This document shows, piece by piece, positions 56,181-56,229 of a stretch of 56,229 nt of DNA. A program made the position numbers and the translations under genes. The notes beneath the pieces were generated by a model. It was not told the DNA's origin and ran no database searches. It saw only the letters and a list, made by a program, of their open reading frames with translations. The stretch is from Chlorobiota bacterium (GTDB lineage: Bacteria > Bacteroidota > Bacteroidia > Bacteroidales > JAADGE01). Positions within the stretch are counted from its first letter, which is position 1; each line of letters begins with the position of its first letter. The stretch lies in assembly GCA_013153865.1 (NCBI GenBank), contig JAADDR010000063.1:1-56229 (forward strand). Reading direction: 5' to 3'.

Positions 56181-56218
56181 AAAAAACAGTTTCAATTTTA
56201 AACCGAAACTGTTTTTTT
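56181..56218. terminator. Hairpin with flanking A/T runs, upstream of the cyclase gene; likely terminator of a minus-strand gene beyond the right edge
   Basis: aacagtttc (56185-56193) pairs with gaaactgtt (56205-56213). The hairpin is flanked by an A-run (56181-56186) and a T-run (56212-56218), so it could act in either direction. Confidence 0.55.
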
Positions 56219-56229
56219 CTGGTATCTTA

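Overview
AT-rich chromosomal segment with clear Bacteroidota hallmarks: T9SS C-terminal sorting domains, Omp28-type lipoproteins, ribosomal protein S16 with a long K/E-rich tail, and TTG/TAnnTTTG-type promoter motifs. I support about 46 protein-coding genes. Most are housekeeping: asnS, lepA, tyrS, glpK, ruvC, rarA, kdsA, xth, rimM, rpsP, recO, dusB and glyQS. They are interleaved with cell-envelope genes. I could not recognise any rRNA, tRNA, CRISPR array, transposase, integrase or phage gene, and composition looks uniform by eye, so this is core genome rather than an island. All product calls rest on motif recognition by eye from the translated ORFs; no database search was possible. Three regions deserve a second look. 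(1) 48.9-56.1 kb holds a tightly packed four-gene minus-strand module: a 6-TM class III nucleotidyl cyclase with non-canonical substrate and transition-state residues, an SdiA-regulated-type propeller, a metallophosphoesterase-Omp85 fusion, and an HD phosphohydrolase fused to a Pycsar-effector-like (DUF5706-like) membrane module. This looks like a possible undescribed cyclic-nucleotide make/degrade/effector system spanning the envelope. (2) 13.6-19.8 kb is a Cys-motif-rich extracytoplasmic cluster (two Omp28-like CPNCP proteins, TlpA, a DUF6029-like barrel and T9SS cargo). (3) 39.5-46.3 kb is a dusB-linked run of uncharacterised envelope genes (a 918-aa anchored propeller protein, two lipoproteins, an outer-membrane barrel and a small K-rich membrane protein). 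Several intrinsic terminators and a few candidate promoters are visible directly in the sequence.
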